The notes beneath the pieces were generated by a model that worked only from the letters and a program-made list of their open reading frames with translations, did no database searches and had not been told where the DNA came from. Positions 36,514 to 50,415 of a DNA stretch of 64,000 nt are shown here, piece after piece. The position numbers and the translations under genes were made by a program. Origin of the DNA: Psammoneis japonica (Eukaryota); contig QPGO01000055.1 of NCBI GenBank assembly GCA_008632985.1, forward strand, positions 287,100 to 351,099. Direction: 5' to 3'. Position 1 is the stretch's first letter; every line of letters begins with the position of its first letter.

Positions 36514-38081
36514 TCACCCTTGGCTTCCCATGGCTCTGACAAACTCATCGGCTTCTTGTCTCGAGATGCGTTTCTTGACTTTGCAATTCTCACTGACTTT
36601 CCATACTTTCCTCCGATTCTTACTCCATCGGATGCCCTCTCCAGATTTGCTTCCATTGACATACCAGTTGACATCGACCCTTCCGTCAACGTACTGATAC
36701 TTTCCTCTCCCCTGGCGTTGGTTGTCACTGAAATTTCCCTGGAAGCTCTGGCCTTTGTTGTAATAGTAAGTCCCAAAGCCATTTAACTTATCATCGTGCC
36801 ACGAACCTGCATACAGATCTCCGTTGGCAAAGTAGCAACGACCAACGCCAGAGCGTTTACCCTTGACAAACTGTCCAGTGTAAACGTCTCCATTCACAAA
36901 ACGTTGCGTGCCGTTCCCGTGCATCTTGTTATTCTCCCATTCACCGACGTATTCACCACCTGAAATTGATCATGTGCAAGTAAGGACAAGGCATCAAATG
37001 TACTTTTGTGCAAAAACAGTAAATCAGTCAACTCACCATTAGCAAAAAAGAGAGTACCGGATCCTTCTCGAAGGCCGCCAAAGAAGCTTCCCTCGTAGCG
37101 GTCACCATTTTCCCATTTCAATACACCCTTACCATGCCTAACTCCGAGTTCATTTACCTCACCTGTATATGTAGTGGAGTCAACGGCCTTTGCTTCTGGG
37201 ATAACAGACGCTACAGGGAAAGCGGCAATTGTGGGTATCGCAGCAATGGTAGGAACGGCTTTGTCTTCTTGTATTTCGGGAACATCTAGCTCTTCGACGG
37301 CAATGGTTGGTATGGCAGCAATTGTAGGAGCGACATTATCTTCTACTCGTGTCTCGGTAACATGTTGCTTTTTGCCGGTAGTATTGTCTTGGTCGTCGTC
37401 GTTATGGGTATGATCGAGATTTTCCTGTGGCTTTTCAGCTTCGCCTGGTTCTGACGGAGGGTCCTTTCTGTTGGCTATTGGAACGGTACAATATGGCGGG
37501 GTATCAGTGATATCCGCCACCTTTTCTTCGATTGCGCTGGCACTGGGTTCTGGGGCGTCCTTGGTAGACTTGCTTCTTTCAACTTGAGCGTCCGGGTGAT
37601 CCTGCTGTTGGATTTCATCGTTGCCACCTTCAGATTCTCCACCTACAAGTTGTACCTGCTCTTCTGATGATGCAGCGGAACTCTGACTAGAACCGTCAGC
37701 CTCGGAGGACTCGTCGTTGTCTTCATCATCATCGTTGATTTCTTCGACACGAGATTGGTGGTACTCAATCTCGCTGAGGAGAAGCGCCTCCGCAAGAGCA
37801 GCTTCTTCAGTTTGTGTGGCGGTTGCTCCCACGCCCATGCAGCGTATGCACTGTCCTCGAAGTACCTCTCCTTCAATAGTCAACGGCTTTGGCTGTGCCA
37901 CACCCTTTTTCTTCAAGATGCCGCCAAGCACATGCTTCCTTTTCACTTTGTACAATTGAGTTCCACAATTCGGGCACATTCCCGCCCTAACACGTTCTGA
38001 ACGAATCACATAGCTGCTGTTGTCGTTCTGGTCTTCCAAGGGAGCAGTATCGGGAGCTTGTTCAGCATCAACAGGAATCAT
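36514..38081 (-). CDS. MORN-repeat protein with N-terminal CxxC...CxxC and acidic linker; intron 36960-37036
   Basis: Repeated YxGxF/W..xxxGxG units; GTGAGT...TTTCAG intron. Confidence 0.88.
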
Positions 38082-39041
38082 AAATACGGGTGTTGCAGGC
38101 CAAAATAATGTGCTTACGGTAGACAATTAAGACGAAAGAGATTGTCTGCTGTTTGAAATGAACTATCGTCGCAAGTCGCAACGCGTCAGACGCGAGATGT
38201 GCTTCGCATCTTCTTGCATCGCAACGCGATCATCAGTCGTGTCTTTTACTTATGACTGGTCATTCTGGGGCTATATGTTCTTAGTCGTGATGACCAACAC
38301 TACCGGTGCATGCAGTAAATAGAAGTATGAATACACTGCACTGTGCTTCTTCATCATCGAGCAGGATCTCTGCGTGTCGTGTGGTCGAAGAGGGCAGCTG
38401 AGTCAACGCGCCAGTGGCCAACAAATCATTCAAAGTGCAGTTGATCTTCCTCCTTCACCACCTCAACACCATCTAAATCTCCATCAATCTTGCCAGCCAC
38501 TGGGGTGTGCTGCACCAGTGTCCACAAGAACAAAAAAGCGTGGCACAGATGAGGCAGAGCTGCGCTCCCAACCCTGCTGGCCCAACAAGGAGCTGTGCAG
38601 CCACCAGGTGTGTTTGAGGCTCAAAGCCAGCAGCCCAAGATGCAGCTTGTTGAGCTTGTCATGGGGAATCCTATTTTTTGGTGTTGCTGATGGCGCACAG
38701 AATGCTCTCCAACAGCGAGCTGAGGCAAGCACATGGTGTGGCACGTGCCATCTGAAGAGCCGCGCCCTTTTTCATTGCAACACTCCACTGCTCTTTTCCC
38801 AAGCTGTCTGTTGTTTTGCTCCCTCAGCCAGCACACCTTTGAATCCAGAATGTGCTCAAATGGGCAGGAGGCATCTTGAGCTTGTTTTTTGTGACAACAA
38901 TGGCACACAAAAAGAAACACGATGAGGGGCGCTTTTGAGGCAAGGGCCCTCTCTGGTGCGCATCTCTGGGCCCTGCTGTGGTTTCATGCCAAGGAAGCCC
39001 AGGGGCATCATGAGAAATTTCTGGGCATCCTTGTCTCTTCC

Positions 39042-40970
39042 TGTTGGAACATCAGGGTGTGATGCAGTTTTTGGAAAACACAGACAGACAATGTTGCAAT
39101 GAAAGCAGTGCTGACGACTGTTGGTGGTGTCATGAATTTGCACTTGCAACTCACCATGAAGATGGGTCCATTGCTCACTTTTTGGCTTCTGTGCTGCAAT
39201 GACATGGCAGTGGCACAGGAGTTGTGACTGCAACCCATGTGGTGAGTTTGGGGGCCATCAAGCAAGACCAGCAAAGAGATCAGTCAGCAAGTCGCACAAC
39301 ACAGAGGGAAAAAATGGAGGGCACGACACCACACTTGAGGAGGTGGTGCCAGTCAAAGGCAAAGAGATGGCCTGTGGAGGACCTTGCTGTGAGGAAGCTG
39401 CAAGGGTGTGTTGAAAGAGGGTGTGGCGAAATTGCATCAGACCAGGTTGGGTTGACAAACCAACGGGCACACAGAGACCGTGTGAAAAACAAGCAAGCAT
39501 GTTGGAAGAGTGTTTGGGCCAGAGATGCAGGTGCACTGGCATCTGGCATCTCTTGTGCAGGAGAACACAAACCACAGGAGCCGGGGCATCCATTGGGTGC
39601 AACTGCATTGGAAAAGGACAAGGCAATCTGGGGAAAACAAGAGTGCAGTTGCCATGCAAAGCACGGCATGATCTGCAAGACGCAGAAGGCAAAGGCATTT
39701 GGCGCAGTTGTGGGACAGTGCACAAAAGCCATCTGCGTCAAGGTCAAAGGAGTGATGGAGTTCACGAGGGTTGCAAAGGAGTGGGGTGTGGCAGCCCTTT
39801 TGGAAATTCTTAAGTCAATCTTGTTCAGGGCAAACATGGGAGAATCTGCTTGCATGTTCAGGCTGTCAAGGCTTGGAGGCAGTTGGCACTCATTCATCAA
39901 GATGAAGGAGGGGTGATTCAAGATTGTTGCAATTGGTCCACAACTCACAAGTGTTTTGTTGAGGTGGTGGAAAGGCCCTGCAACAGAGTTGTCCCAGAAG
40001 AAATTGCCAAGAAAGAAGATGCAGAGGAGCAAGTTGTCAGAAGTGCTGCTCATGGAAGGTGCAAAGGAGTGTTGTGACCTGCGCAGGAATGGGTTGTCAA
40101 GCACTTGAAATGTGACAATTTGTTGATTGCAGATGTTGTGAGACCATTCTGCGTGCAACACATGCAGGCATGATGATGGTTGGACATGTGGAGCTTGAAT
40201 CCCTGAGCAACTGTGGTCACATTTGGCACTGTGCAGACCCTTCACACACAGAGTGATGCAGCCCACCACACCAGGTCTCTTGCCAGGAGTTGCATTTTCC
40301 ACTGCACGCTTCTGTCCAATCAGTGTCTCTGCAGACAGCCTGCAGATTCAGGGAAGCAGCACCATTGGTGGCTGTGGCAGGGATGCCCGCTGCAGTTGGC
40401 ACATCTTGAAGCACCCTGCACCAGCAGTTTGCACTGCAGCAGGGGTCAGCAATTGCCCCAATTTGGCAGAGGAGATGCTGCAAGTGTTGGACTCATGTGG
40501 GGCTAACAAGAAACATGAGGGAGCAAGCTTTGTGCAAGAAGCAACACAAGAAGAAGCAGATCAAACACTGCAAATGTGACAAGGTTGGACATGTGAGGCA
40601 GGGCTGTCCTTTGCTCAATGGCAACAACAACTGCTCATCTGCAGAGTTGAATGAAGTGGTCAGTGTGGCATCAGGTGGCATGGCATCCAACTTCCAACTG
40701 TCATCCTCCTTTGACTGGCACACATGAGGCCAATCAATTGATGGCTTGTGTGAAGGAGTGCATTGGAGCATCGGGGTGTGACACAGTTTTTGGAGGACAG
40801 ACAGACAGCATCACAGCAAAAGTGACAGCCACTGACAACTGTTGGTGAGACCATGTGGGTTTGCATTCACAACTCACCATGATGATGGGGGTCTCATGCT
40901 CACTTTTTGGCTTCTGCACCAGGACAACATGGCAACAGTGCTGGAGTTGTGTTTGCAATCCACATGATGC
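39042..40970 (+). mobile_element. Degenerate, internally deleted LTR retroelement (probably Copia) with gag remnant
   Basis: ~200-bp diverged direct repeats starting 39042 (TGTTGGAACATCAGGGTG) and 40761 (CATTGGAGCATCGGGGTG) after GAAGGAGTG; VGQCTKA...ALLEILK gag-like segment; degenerate zinc knuckle HCKCDKVGHVRQGCP (~40565-40610). Confidence 0.55.
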
Positions 40971-43900
40971 ACTCAGGGATTCACAAGACAGGCACAGATC
41001 AGTTGATGAGCTGCAAAGCTCCAATGCTGCCTGACTCCTTGATGCAAGCTTCTGCCATTGACAGGCACAGCACTCTTGAGTTTGTCGTGCAGCTTCTCAA
41101 GTTGCGTGCTCTTTTCAGAAATGGGCGGGGATGCTTTTTGAGGAGGGCACCCCAGCCAGTCTCGTTGGCTCACAGCGTGGCTCCTGAGCTCCTGCTTCAT
41201 CACATTGGAGCAGCCAAGTGTTGCTGCAGGCAATTTCATTTTGCGGTGCCTCACATGCAGTGCTTCTTCACCCCCTTCCCTGCTGGCTGCATCCAAACTC
41301 ACCTTGAAAAGGACACCTCTGGGTGGCCCAATGGCAAGCAACAGCCACACCACAGTTGCAAATCTTTTGTGGTTCTCAAAATTTTGTTGTTGCACACATG
41401 TGCTTCACCACCAACACCTGCAGCTGCACATCTGCGCTGCAGCTCTCTTTGGACCAGCATCACCAAGATTTGGAGTTGTTGGCACACACACTTGCAGTGT
41501 TGAGTGATTTCAAGGAGAGACATGTGGTGTGGAACAAATGTGGCAACAGCATCACTCCCTTTCAACTCTGTTTTGCCAAACAAGTTCCAGACATCACACT
41601 TGCCAACTTGCCACCTCTTGTCTGCATGGCTGCACCTTGCCATGACTTGTTGTTCCAGACTCAGGTGGTGTGCAGTGCCCATTTTTGCATGAAAATGCAA
41701 ATTTCATGATGTGTTCATTGCAGCAATTGCTTGCATGGCAACCATTGTTTTCATGACTTTCAGTGGCCATGATGGCCCCCTCTTTTCAACCTCATGGACA
41801 GCTCAAAGGGATCACAAGGACCGCAGCATTTGACACAACCAACACACAAACACCGTCTGTGACAAAAAACAATTGTTGCAATCTGCAGCACACTTTTGCT
41901 CTTTGCCATGGTGACCGCAGCTTTCAAAAGCAACAGCCACAGCCTCATTTTGCTCCCAGCTTTTCCTTTGTCACACAAGTCATTTCCCAGGTGTTGACTG
42001 GTGCAAGACTTTCAGTCATTGACACCAAAAGAAAGCAGTGGGAAAGGGGGTCTAAAGTTGATGCCATTGCAGTGCTGACATTTTTCTGGGTTCATCTGTC
42101 ACACAATTTGTTGCTCAATGAATGTCTTGGCAAAGCCACTGAGTTGCAAGCATCAAAGTGTGTGAAGAAAAAGCACCCAGCAGCATCCATTCCACATGAC
42201 TTCATTTGTTGTCTGAAAGAACATTGACCCTTTTTGTGTGTTGCATGTCAGCACATTTGCACAAACACAAAAACACTCAAGGAAAAATTGAGCTCTCATC
42301 TTGAGGCAGTCAATCTTCAGAGACAATGATGTGGGTGCACACATGAGACCTTTCTGCATGCACTCATGCCTGAACATTTGAGTGTCTGTGCTTTTTTGCT
42401 GCAGAGAATTGTGCCACAAGTTTGGGCCACGTGTTTCATGCAAAAATGAACATTTTTGCATGTGTGTGCACACCCAATTCTCAATTCTGGAACAAGCCCC
42501 ACTTGACTGTTCTCAGAGAGTGCAGAGCAACAACAAGATGTGGAGGAGGACCACACTGTGGGCATCTGTGGAGCAGCCTTGGCAGGAGGTTGCTGATTGA
42601 GTGTTTGCAGCGCTGCACAATGCCGCAACTTTGGAACAAACATGGCAAGCAGCAAGGTTGCACCAGCTCACACTGCAGCACTTGACAGGTGCTGGGTGTC
42701 TGCAATTGCAAAACCCCTGGCTGCCAAGCATGCTGCAGCAGGCTGAGGGGTCTTTGGCACTCACAAACTCTGGCAAAGGTGCACAAGAACTTGATGAAGA
42801 CCGGTGCAGTTGGCCCCACATGCTCTTGTTTTGGCCTTGTTGAAAACATGTTTCCACACGACATCACAAGTGCAGCCAACACCAACTGAATGATGGGAAG
42901 TCAGGGCGTTCTTTTGGATTGAGATGAAAAAGTTGAAAAAATGACCAACTCAGCCATTCATTGCATTGAGGGTTTGGAGCAACCAAGTGCTGGGAGAAAA
43001 CAGCCAAAAAGTGTCCTCAACATGGTCAGCAGGAGATTGAGCCAATTTGCTTGCATCATGGGGTTGCTGAGCCAGCATCAAAACAACCCAAAGCAATGCC
43101 ACCTGCTGCTTTGACCACCAATGTGCAAGTGCTTGGCCAGCCTGGTCTTTCTTTGGTGCTTCCTGAAACAACCCAGCTGATGGTGTTGTCCAGTCTCCCA
43201 ACATTTTGGTCCTGCAGAGGATGCCACAGATGTTTGAGACAACATGCACAGCACACTTGAGCCAAGTGTTCTTCTCACTCAGCTGATGTTCCTTCCCAGC
43301 CACTTCCCAAAAACAGAGTTGGAAAGAGGGCAGTGCCTCTCTCAGCGTGTTGCCAGAACAGGCTGGCAGCAAAGAAGATTTTGTGGTTGAGTCAGGAAAA
43401 ACTTTTTGAGTGAACCATTTGACCACACTGGCACACCTCAGAGCCGCTGCACGGCAAAGAGATGTTGCTCAAGACAGGGTTGCACAAACACTTGTTGTCC
43501 TGCTGAAGTGCCAGCTGTCACATGGCAGAGGACTCAGATCCTCCAGCAACAACTGCTCAATCAAACTGACTTTGGTTGAAAAACCTTTTGCAGACAAAGA
43601 GTCCTGCACACCAGAGTCCAAGGTGCACCCAAAGGGGCTGAAGCAGCAGCTGTTGGTGTGGTGTTTGCAACTTGCAGCAAGTCTTGCAACAACTTTGCAC
43701 AGTGCTTGGATGTGCTCATGATGGAGTTTGTGCACCTGGAGACATGGGGGTGCTGGCAAGAACAAAATGAGTGACCACGGAGAAGTGCAAACCACAGGAT
43801 GATTTTGGGAAAATCAGCAATGCAATTCTTCAGTGCAAGCAAGATGCAGCAGCATGGGAGCTGGCAAAAAAAATGGTGGGACACCGCTGACCCAGTGGTG

Positions 43901-46710
43901 GGTTGTAGAAGGGGTGGTGCTGTTCCACCACCGGCAGAGCAGATGCCGCGACACTGTCTTCTGGCTGGCTGGTGCCACACGCAGTGCTGTTGAGTTGACT
44001 TTGTCTTGACCCAGGTTTCTGATGAGGTTGTTGTCAGTCTGCATCTTTTTTGGTTGACCCCCCTTGGAGCCCTGCATCTCTCCCCTTCCTCATCATTGTT
44101 TTGCATTTTTTGGCTGAATCTCTGCATCTGGCCTTTGTTCATTTTCTCCCCTTGCCTGCAAACTGCTCAAAACAAAGATCATTTCATGATGGCAAGAGGC
44201 TGTTGGTTGCTCTCATTGCAGGTGAGCAATGCAAAGGTGTCAAACACTGCCAGCTCAATCGCCACAAAAGATTTTGGAGCTGAGCTTCACAAATTGTGCA
44301 CACTGGTTGACCAGGTCAACCATGGCGAGTGAGTTTGAGGGCATGGACAGCCCCAGCTCTGATCAAGGAGGCATCTCCAGATGAATCCAAGTGTGCCAAA
44401 AGATCCTCTCCTGTGGCCATTCAGCATTGTCATTGAGGGGGGAAGAAGCTCATGCTTCATGCTGTCACCCCAGCATGCTGCAGTGCTGCATGGGGAACAG
44501 GCTCCCAGAAGATGCAACAACCATCTTTGCATCTCTCAGTGGAGCGACACACTTTTTTTCATTTTGACCAATTGTTGACAGGGCGCTGAGATTTGCGCAC
44601 ACCAGAGGCAGGAGAAATCTCCTGAGCACCACAACAACTCCCTCATTTGCATGGAACAATTGCAGGAAGCCATGGAAAGCAAGCAGGGGAATGGCTTGGT
44701 GACTTGGGCAGCAAGGGAGACCACATGGCAAGCTGGCTGTGCCAAGATCTGCAAACTGGAGTTGATGGTGGTTTGGCAGATGAAAACCCACGAGTGAAAT
44801 TTTTTTCATTGTCCAATGTGAGGAGATTCTCCACAGCAGTGCTCCATTGCAGAAGATGTGCTTTTGATGGCTGTTGTCAAATTGAACATTGTGTGTGGGT
44901 GCAAACTTCTGGAACTCTGCTGCGCTGACTGAGTCAACAAGATCTTGATTTGCAAACTTGGACATTTGTTCATTTTCACAAATCACCCCTGTTTCTTGCC
45001 ACACACAGGTGTGGTTGATGACAAATCTGACTGATTGTGTCACAAATGAAAAACCAGAATGTGGTTTTAAGTGCTGTTGCACCTTTGCCCAGCAACACCG
45101 GCGCTGGCTGACCCACACTTCCAGCACACCCTGCAAGGGGTGTGGTGGCAGAAGATTGTGCAATCAGTTGATGTCAATGCGCCACTTTGAAGCAACGTGC
45201 ACCAGAGATAAAAGGTCAAGGAAAATTTGCACTAGAACGAGATTGTTGCTTTCTTTTGGAGAGCATTTGATGCACCCAAAGCACCACAGCAAAGGACAAT
45301 CAAGTCAAGCAGAGAATTCAAAGTCAGTGCAAACTCTGAGAGAAAATCTTTTCCTCTGAGGGAGAATCTTGTCTTCAACAAAGACCAGCTGAATTTCACA
45401 ATTGCATGGACCAGAACAACAGTGTGCAGTTCACTGCTCGGAACAGTGATCTTGGCAGGCCAGCAAGCAGAAAAGGGGATGTTTGGGGCTTGCAAGGATG
45501 AAACAGGAAGTCTTGGTGATGTGACAAGAAAGTTGTTGGAAGAAACATTGTTCTCACGTAGAATTGATGCTGAACCTTGCATGGAAAAGCCAATCCGCAC
45601 AGCAAATGGATGGTCGTCAGGTGATGCCGATGGTTTGTCCATGCAAACACTTGCAGGCACCACAACAGGGACAGCACTTTCACCACATGAGGTGAAGAAC
45701 TTGAGCAGCCAGCAGGAGTAAAAGAAATTGTTGGGGGCTTTCCTGTGTGGAAAGAAGTTGATCGCATCGGAGACGCAATGACTTTCGGTGTGTGTTTCTG
45801 AAGCGCATGGAACTTGCACTGGATTCTGTGCAGAAATTGCACCAAATCCACAAAAAATTGCCAAATGAGACAAGCAGGCCCACCCTTTTGTCATGGAGAT
45901 AAAAGGGTGTGCCAATGGCAGAAGGGGCCAAAAGGTTGATGGGGGACCCAGCAAAACGCCGTCTGAAAAGGGAGACATCAGCATGAGAGCACGCGCAGAA
46001 ACACACGTGGGGGCTGCCAGTGGGTGATTGCATGAAAAAGTGATTGTGTCACAAATGAATTTGTGTGTTCATGCTCACACGTGTTGGGGTCTGGTTGTCT
46101 GCCGGTGGAAGGATTCACAGATTTGGCCCCCTGACAATGTCCCCAGAACATTTGGGCACATTGATGCACCACTCTGTTTGCACCCCTGGATCTGGTGAGT
46201 GGGGCTCTGTGCAACATTTTTCTTGTCCTGTTGCAGTGCTCTGCACACAAGCTCTGCAACTTGTGCATCAGGCAGCCCCAGCAAGTGGGTCTGTCTTTGA
46301 TGTCAAAGTCAGCAAATGACTTTTGTGGCGCCATTTTGCCTTTTTGTTCCATGCAGACACATCAGAGAGGAGTGCAGCTGGGCATGAAAAAGATCAAAAT
46401 CTGTTGATCAGGACACCCGGCAATCTTGTGCGAAAAGCTGGTGCAAAATTGACCAACACAGAATCATTGAAAAATGAAAAATCACAGCCCCCCAATGATG
46501 CTGCAAGTTCCTGCCCAGAGCTGGAGCTGATCTGGCGTGCTGCATGTCAGGCAGGAAGGAGGGGTGTTGACCACTGCACCACCATCACAGGCAGGCAGCC
46601 ACCTTTGCTTTGGGAAAAGGTGTTGGACAGCTCCAACCATCAGAAAGTGCCTGTTCTGCAGAAGAGTGATGGGCACTGGCCAGTGCGCGGGAGGCGTCGC
46701 TTTCTGTTTT

Positions 46711-47123
46711 GACACGCTCCAGATGTGCTGGGCAGGAATTCATGTGACACCAGGCCTGCAGAAAATTCTGCATGCAAGCTCCACAGCAAAATTGCTGGGC
46801 AATGAATGCGTCAATGATCACCAACAGAAAAAAGAGGCAATTTTGTGAATGCACAAACTTGCCCATGATTGAAGCGCATCATTTCTTGCTTGGCCTGGTG
46901 CACTCTTCAGACATTGTTGAAGAGCACACCTGGCGCAATGTTGTTCCCACAAATTTGTCAAACAAAACATCTGAAACTTCACAAAACAGCAAGTCTGGAA
47001 CAATTCTGTGGGAGAGCACATGCAGAAATGTGCGTGTGAAGCACGCGGCAGATGACAAAAAATGTTTGTGTCACGCAGGTTGGCACTGCGAGCTCCCACC
47101 TCCCGGGGCTGGAACAACGCATC
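46711..47123 (-). mobile_element. Third, most degenerate copy of the GAC...GTC MITE, inverted
   Basis: Collinear with the reverse complement of 24804-25197 throughout; TSD not cleanly preserved. Confidence 0.8.
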
Positions 47124-47331
47124 TTGTTTTGTGGCTCATCAGAAAAAATGAGCTCAACACCTGCCTGGATCCACACCCCATCCTGCCCACTTTGTTCACA
47201 GTGTTTTCAGCCAGGGCTCTCTGTGGAAAAGAGCACACGCCGTTCTTGTTGGCTCGCAAAAAAAGAAGCTGCCCCCCCCTCAGTCAAGTGTGGCACCATC
47301 CATTGAACCCTGAACACAATTGCTCTGCAGC

Positions 47332-47357
47332 TGTTTGTTGTTGTTGTTGTTGTTGTT
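47332..47357. repeat. (GTT)n microsatellite near the right edge of the mutated block
   Basis: TGTTTGTTGTTGTTGTTGTTGTTGTT. Confidence 0.9.
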
Positions 47358-47814
47358 TTTGTTCGGCTCAGGCAACGGCTCTACAGAGTCGTGTCACTTT
47401 TAGCATTGACACGTGGCATTTTTTGCAAAGAAGCCAGTCTTTCCCTCTGTCTGTCATTTTTCACCCAATTCTCACATTGGTGACCGTCCCAAAATGCCAT
47501 GAAAATTTTCTGTCTGTCTCACGTCATCGTGTCATAATGGGGTTTCGCAACGTCATCTATGACGTCACACTGACCGCGAAGCCGAATGATGCCATCAAAA
47601 CATCACACCGACAAGAAATAACCAACGCACATCATCATCGCTCATCGCAACATCACAGGACCAGAAGATTCGATCTCCTCCCACCGCAGAATACGATTCT
47701 TAGTGTCGAGTTGTTGTATTTTTCGTCCAAACTGCCTTGCGATAGTCACAGCATCCTCCAATCTTTCATTGTACGAGGCAAAAGTGAACGTATTTGAAAA
47801 GCCGCGAAGAAAAT

Positions 47815-49598
47815 ATGAAGATTTCCAATCAACGGATGCAGCTGGCGATTTCTTCTTCTCTGGCGGTGCTTCTGGGCGTTGAGGGCTTTGTTGCTCGGCC
47901 GTTTTCGTCCATTATCGGTATCGTTCGAACTCCTCCCTCGTTAAAGGTGGCGGCTAATCCCTTGGCTGGGTATCAACCGGTATCTCAAGTCAAGAAACCC
48001 TCGCCTTTTGGAGGATATGAGCCATCGCCAAATGAGGCCCCGAAAAAGAACTACTCTCCATTTGGAACCAAGCATATGAGTACGAAAAAGAACTACTTAC
48101 CCTTTGGGGCCAAGCACAAATCGTCTCCACCCCAGGATGCTCCCAAGGGTGTCTCTCTTGTCAAGCAAGAATCGTCAGCTCCTCAAACTGAAGCGACACA
48201 AAAACAGGCGGCACCTGCAGAAAGTAATACCCAGATCAGTAGCTCTCCAGCTTCTCAAACTCAGTCGGTACAGCTATCGGCCTCACCCGTTCATCAGGAA
48301 GAGTTCCCTCCCATCAAAAGCGAGCCTACCGATGAGTTCATGAAGCTTCAAGGAGAATACGAAAGACTGAAGAAATCGTCATGGAGCATTCAAATTGAAT
48401 TGCAGAGCGAAATTGTTGATATCAAAGAGGAGCTAAGGTATGTTCCTTTTATTAGATGGCTTGATGTCTATTGTTTCCATCACAATGCTAAGTTTGTTCC
48501 TTTCTGTTTCCGGTGCGTTGTCCGCCTACGTTTAGGAAGCAAGCTTCGTTTTTGAACTATCAAGTGGATCAATTGAAAAGGCAACTCCAAACTTCAGAAT
48601 TGGAATGGGACAGGGCGATTCGGGAATTCAAAGCGGTAGCCGAAGCGACAGAGTCAAAGCTTAAGCAGAAAAATGCAGACATTGCTGCTCAGCGTGATGA
48701 TTTGTTAGAACAAGTAAAAATTCTGGAAGAAACGAAAAGATACGTCGCCTTTGCGGACAAGAGAGACGCGGAGCTCCGCCAGTTAATTGCGGCGCTGACT
48801 CAGGAACGTGACGGGTTTCGAACCAAGATTGAGGTATTGGAGGAAACCGAGAATCTTCTCCTCGCGTCCCGTGCTAGAGAAGCGCAGCTCACAAAGGAAA
48901 TACAGGAGATTTCCAATGCGCGTGATGAGGCATTGATGCAGGCAAAGGACCTCCAATCTGTCCTTGAAGCTACAAGAGCTGATTTCCGCAAGGTTAATGA
49001 TGCTATTATTCAGGAGCGCAATGAATTTCGCGCTCAGCTTGGGGTACTGCAAGAAACTCGAGAGCTCCTTGCTCAAGCAAAGCAGCGAGAAGCTAATCTC
49101 CAACAGCAACTACAGCAACAAAGGATGGACTCGACACAAGAGACCACGCAGCTTCAAGCTACTATAGATAAGACAAGAGCTGAGTTTCATCAAGTGAATA
49201 ATGCCATTATCAAGGAACGTAAAGAATATCAAGGAAAGATCATGGAACTGCAGGAGACGAATGCGCACCTTGCACTTGCGCAGAAGCGAGGTGCCGAAAC
49301 TCGAAAGGAACTTCAAGGTCAATTAGATCATTCGGAAAAGATTATTGGTGTCCTCGAGGTTGCTGTGATTAAAAGGGAAGCCCTTATTGCTCGTTTGAAT
49401 GATGAGATTGAACAGGAGCGAACCGGCGTTCAAACTCAGGTTAAGGCTCTGCATGCGACAAACGATCTCCTGTCTCACTCCAAACAACGAGAAGCTGACC
49501 TCCGTGAAGATTTGGAGACCATTGCTAGGGAACGCAATTCGTATCTCAAGTCGTTCCTAGGGAGTATGCCCAAAAAGACTCCTGTTCATTTTCAGTGA
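47815..49598 (+). CDS. Long coiled-coil protein with bipartite plastid-targeting-like presequence; intron 48438-48535
   Basis: LAVLLGVEG-FVARP (ASAFAP-like); GTATGT...TTTAG intron joins EELR-KQAS; heptad-rich internal repeats. Confidence 0.8.
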
Positions 49599-50415
49599 GT
49601 TCTCTGATCCGTTGTGCTTGCAACCTGCCCGAGATAAAGGAGAGCGTTGCTGTAGCCTGGAAGACAACTATCCAGTGTGGCCTTTTTCTATACCAGAATA
49701 AAGTGTGTTTAAGTGCATAGTAGTAATATTATGGTGTGATCATCTTATTCAAGCGCAGCTTACTTGTATCTCATCGCTACGACTTTGTCTCTGAGTACAA
49801 CTTTGCTTGGTGCAACGAAATTCAATTATGAGGAAGGTTCGGCGAACAGGCACGCTTTCACATCGTTGTCATGAGTTCACCTGCAACACAGACTCTAGAG
49901 AGTTGTTGACTTACTCTCTACTAGAGACTGGTTTCGAAAAGCTGTTACGTTACAGGTACAGGAGCTATTCCATCTACTTTAGTTACCAGTAGACTTGCTC
50001 TCTACTCTAGAGAGGGCCCTACTATCTAGGGCTAGCTAGTAGGACAACCTACCGGTCCATAGCCCTCTAATTGCTCCTCTACTCCTCTCTCTCTCTACTA
50101 CTAGCCCTGCTCACTATTATCTTCTCATCTTCTCATTTTCTGAGCCCGCGCGGAACCGACTGCTACTGTCTGTATGACTTATGGCACTATAGTCGTATGT
50201 GTCGTTGGCGAGTCCGGCATAAATAACAGTGGTCATCCTCGGTCATTCGGCATAAATACATTGAAATGATTCAATTCTGGCGTGAAACCTGCGTTCGGGT
50301 ACTGCGTCAAACTTTGATGTCATCTCCTCACCCTCACAACTTATAATCACTTTGTGTCTATAGCGCAGTCTTCTTGCGTGCTTTCGATGAGGCTGCTATA
50401 GCAACTTATCAAACA

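Larger units (their letters stand above)
38345..47380. repeat. 9-kb block of heavily degenerate repeats, depleted of both TpA and CpG
   Basis: About 12 TA dinucleotides in 9 kb by manual scan; contains an LTR remnant and a MITE. Confidence 0.85.

Noticed and set aside
45422..45990. Possible nuclease/transposase remnant (DADGL...EVK, YqaJ-like)
   Set aside because: Motif too short and sequence too degenerate; needs an HMM search after reverting TG/CA.
38374..47797. Dense overlapping Cys/His/Gln-rich ORFs in all six frames (also 6.1-8.7 kb and antisense to the TEs)
   Set aside because: Artefact of TpA loss: TAA/TAG stops are erased and TG/CA-rich codons inflated; no domains recognised.
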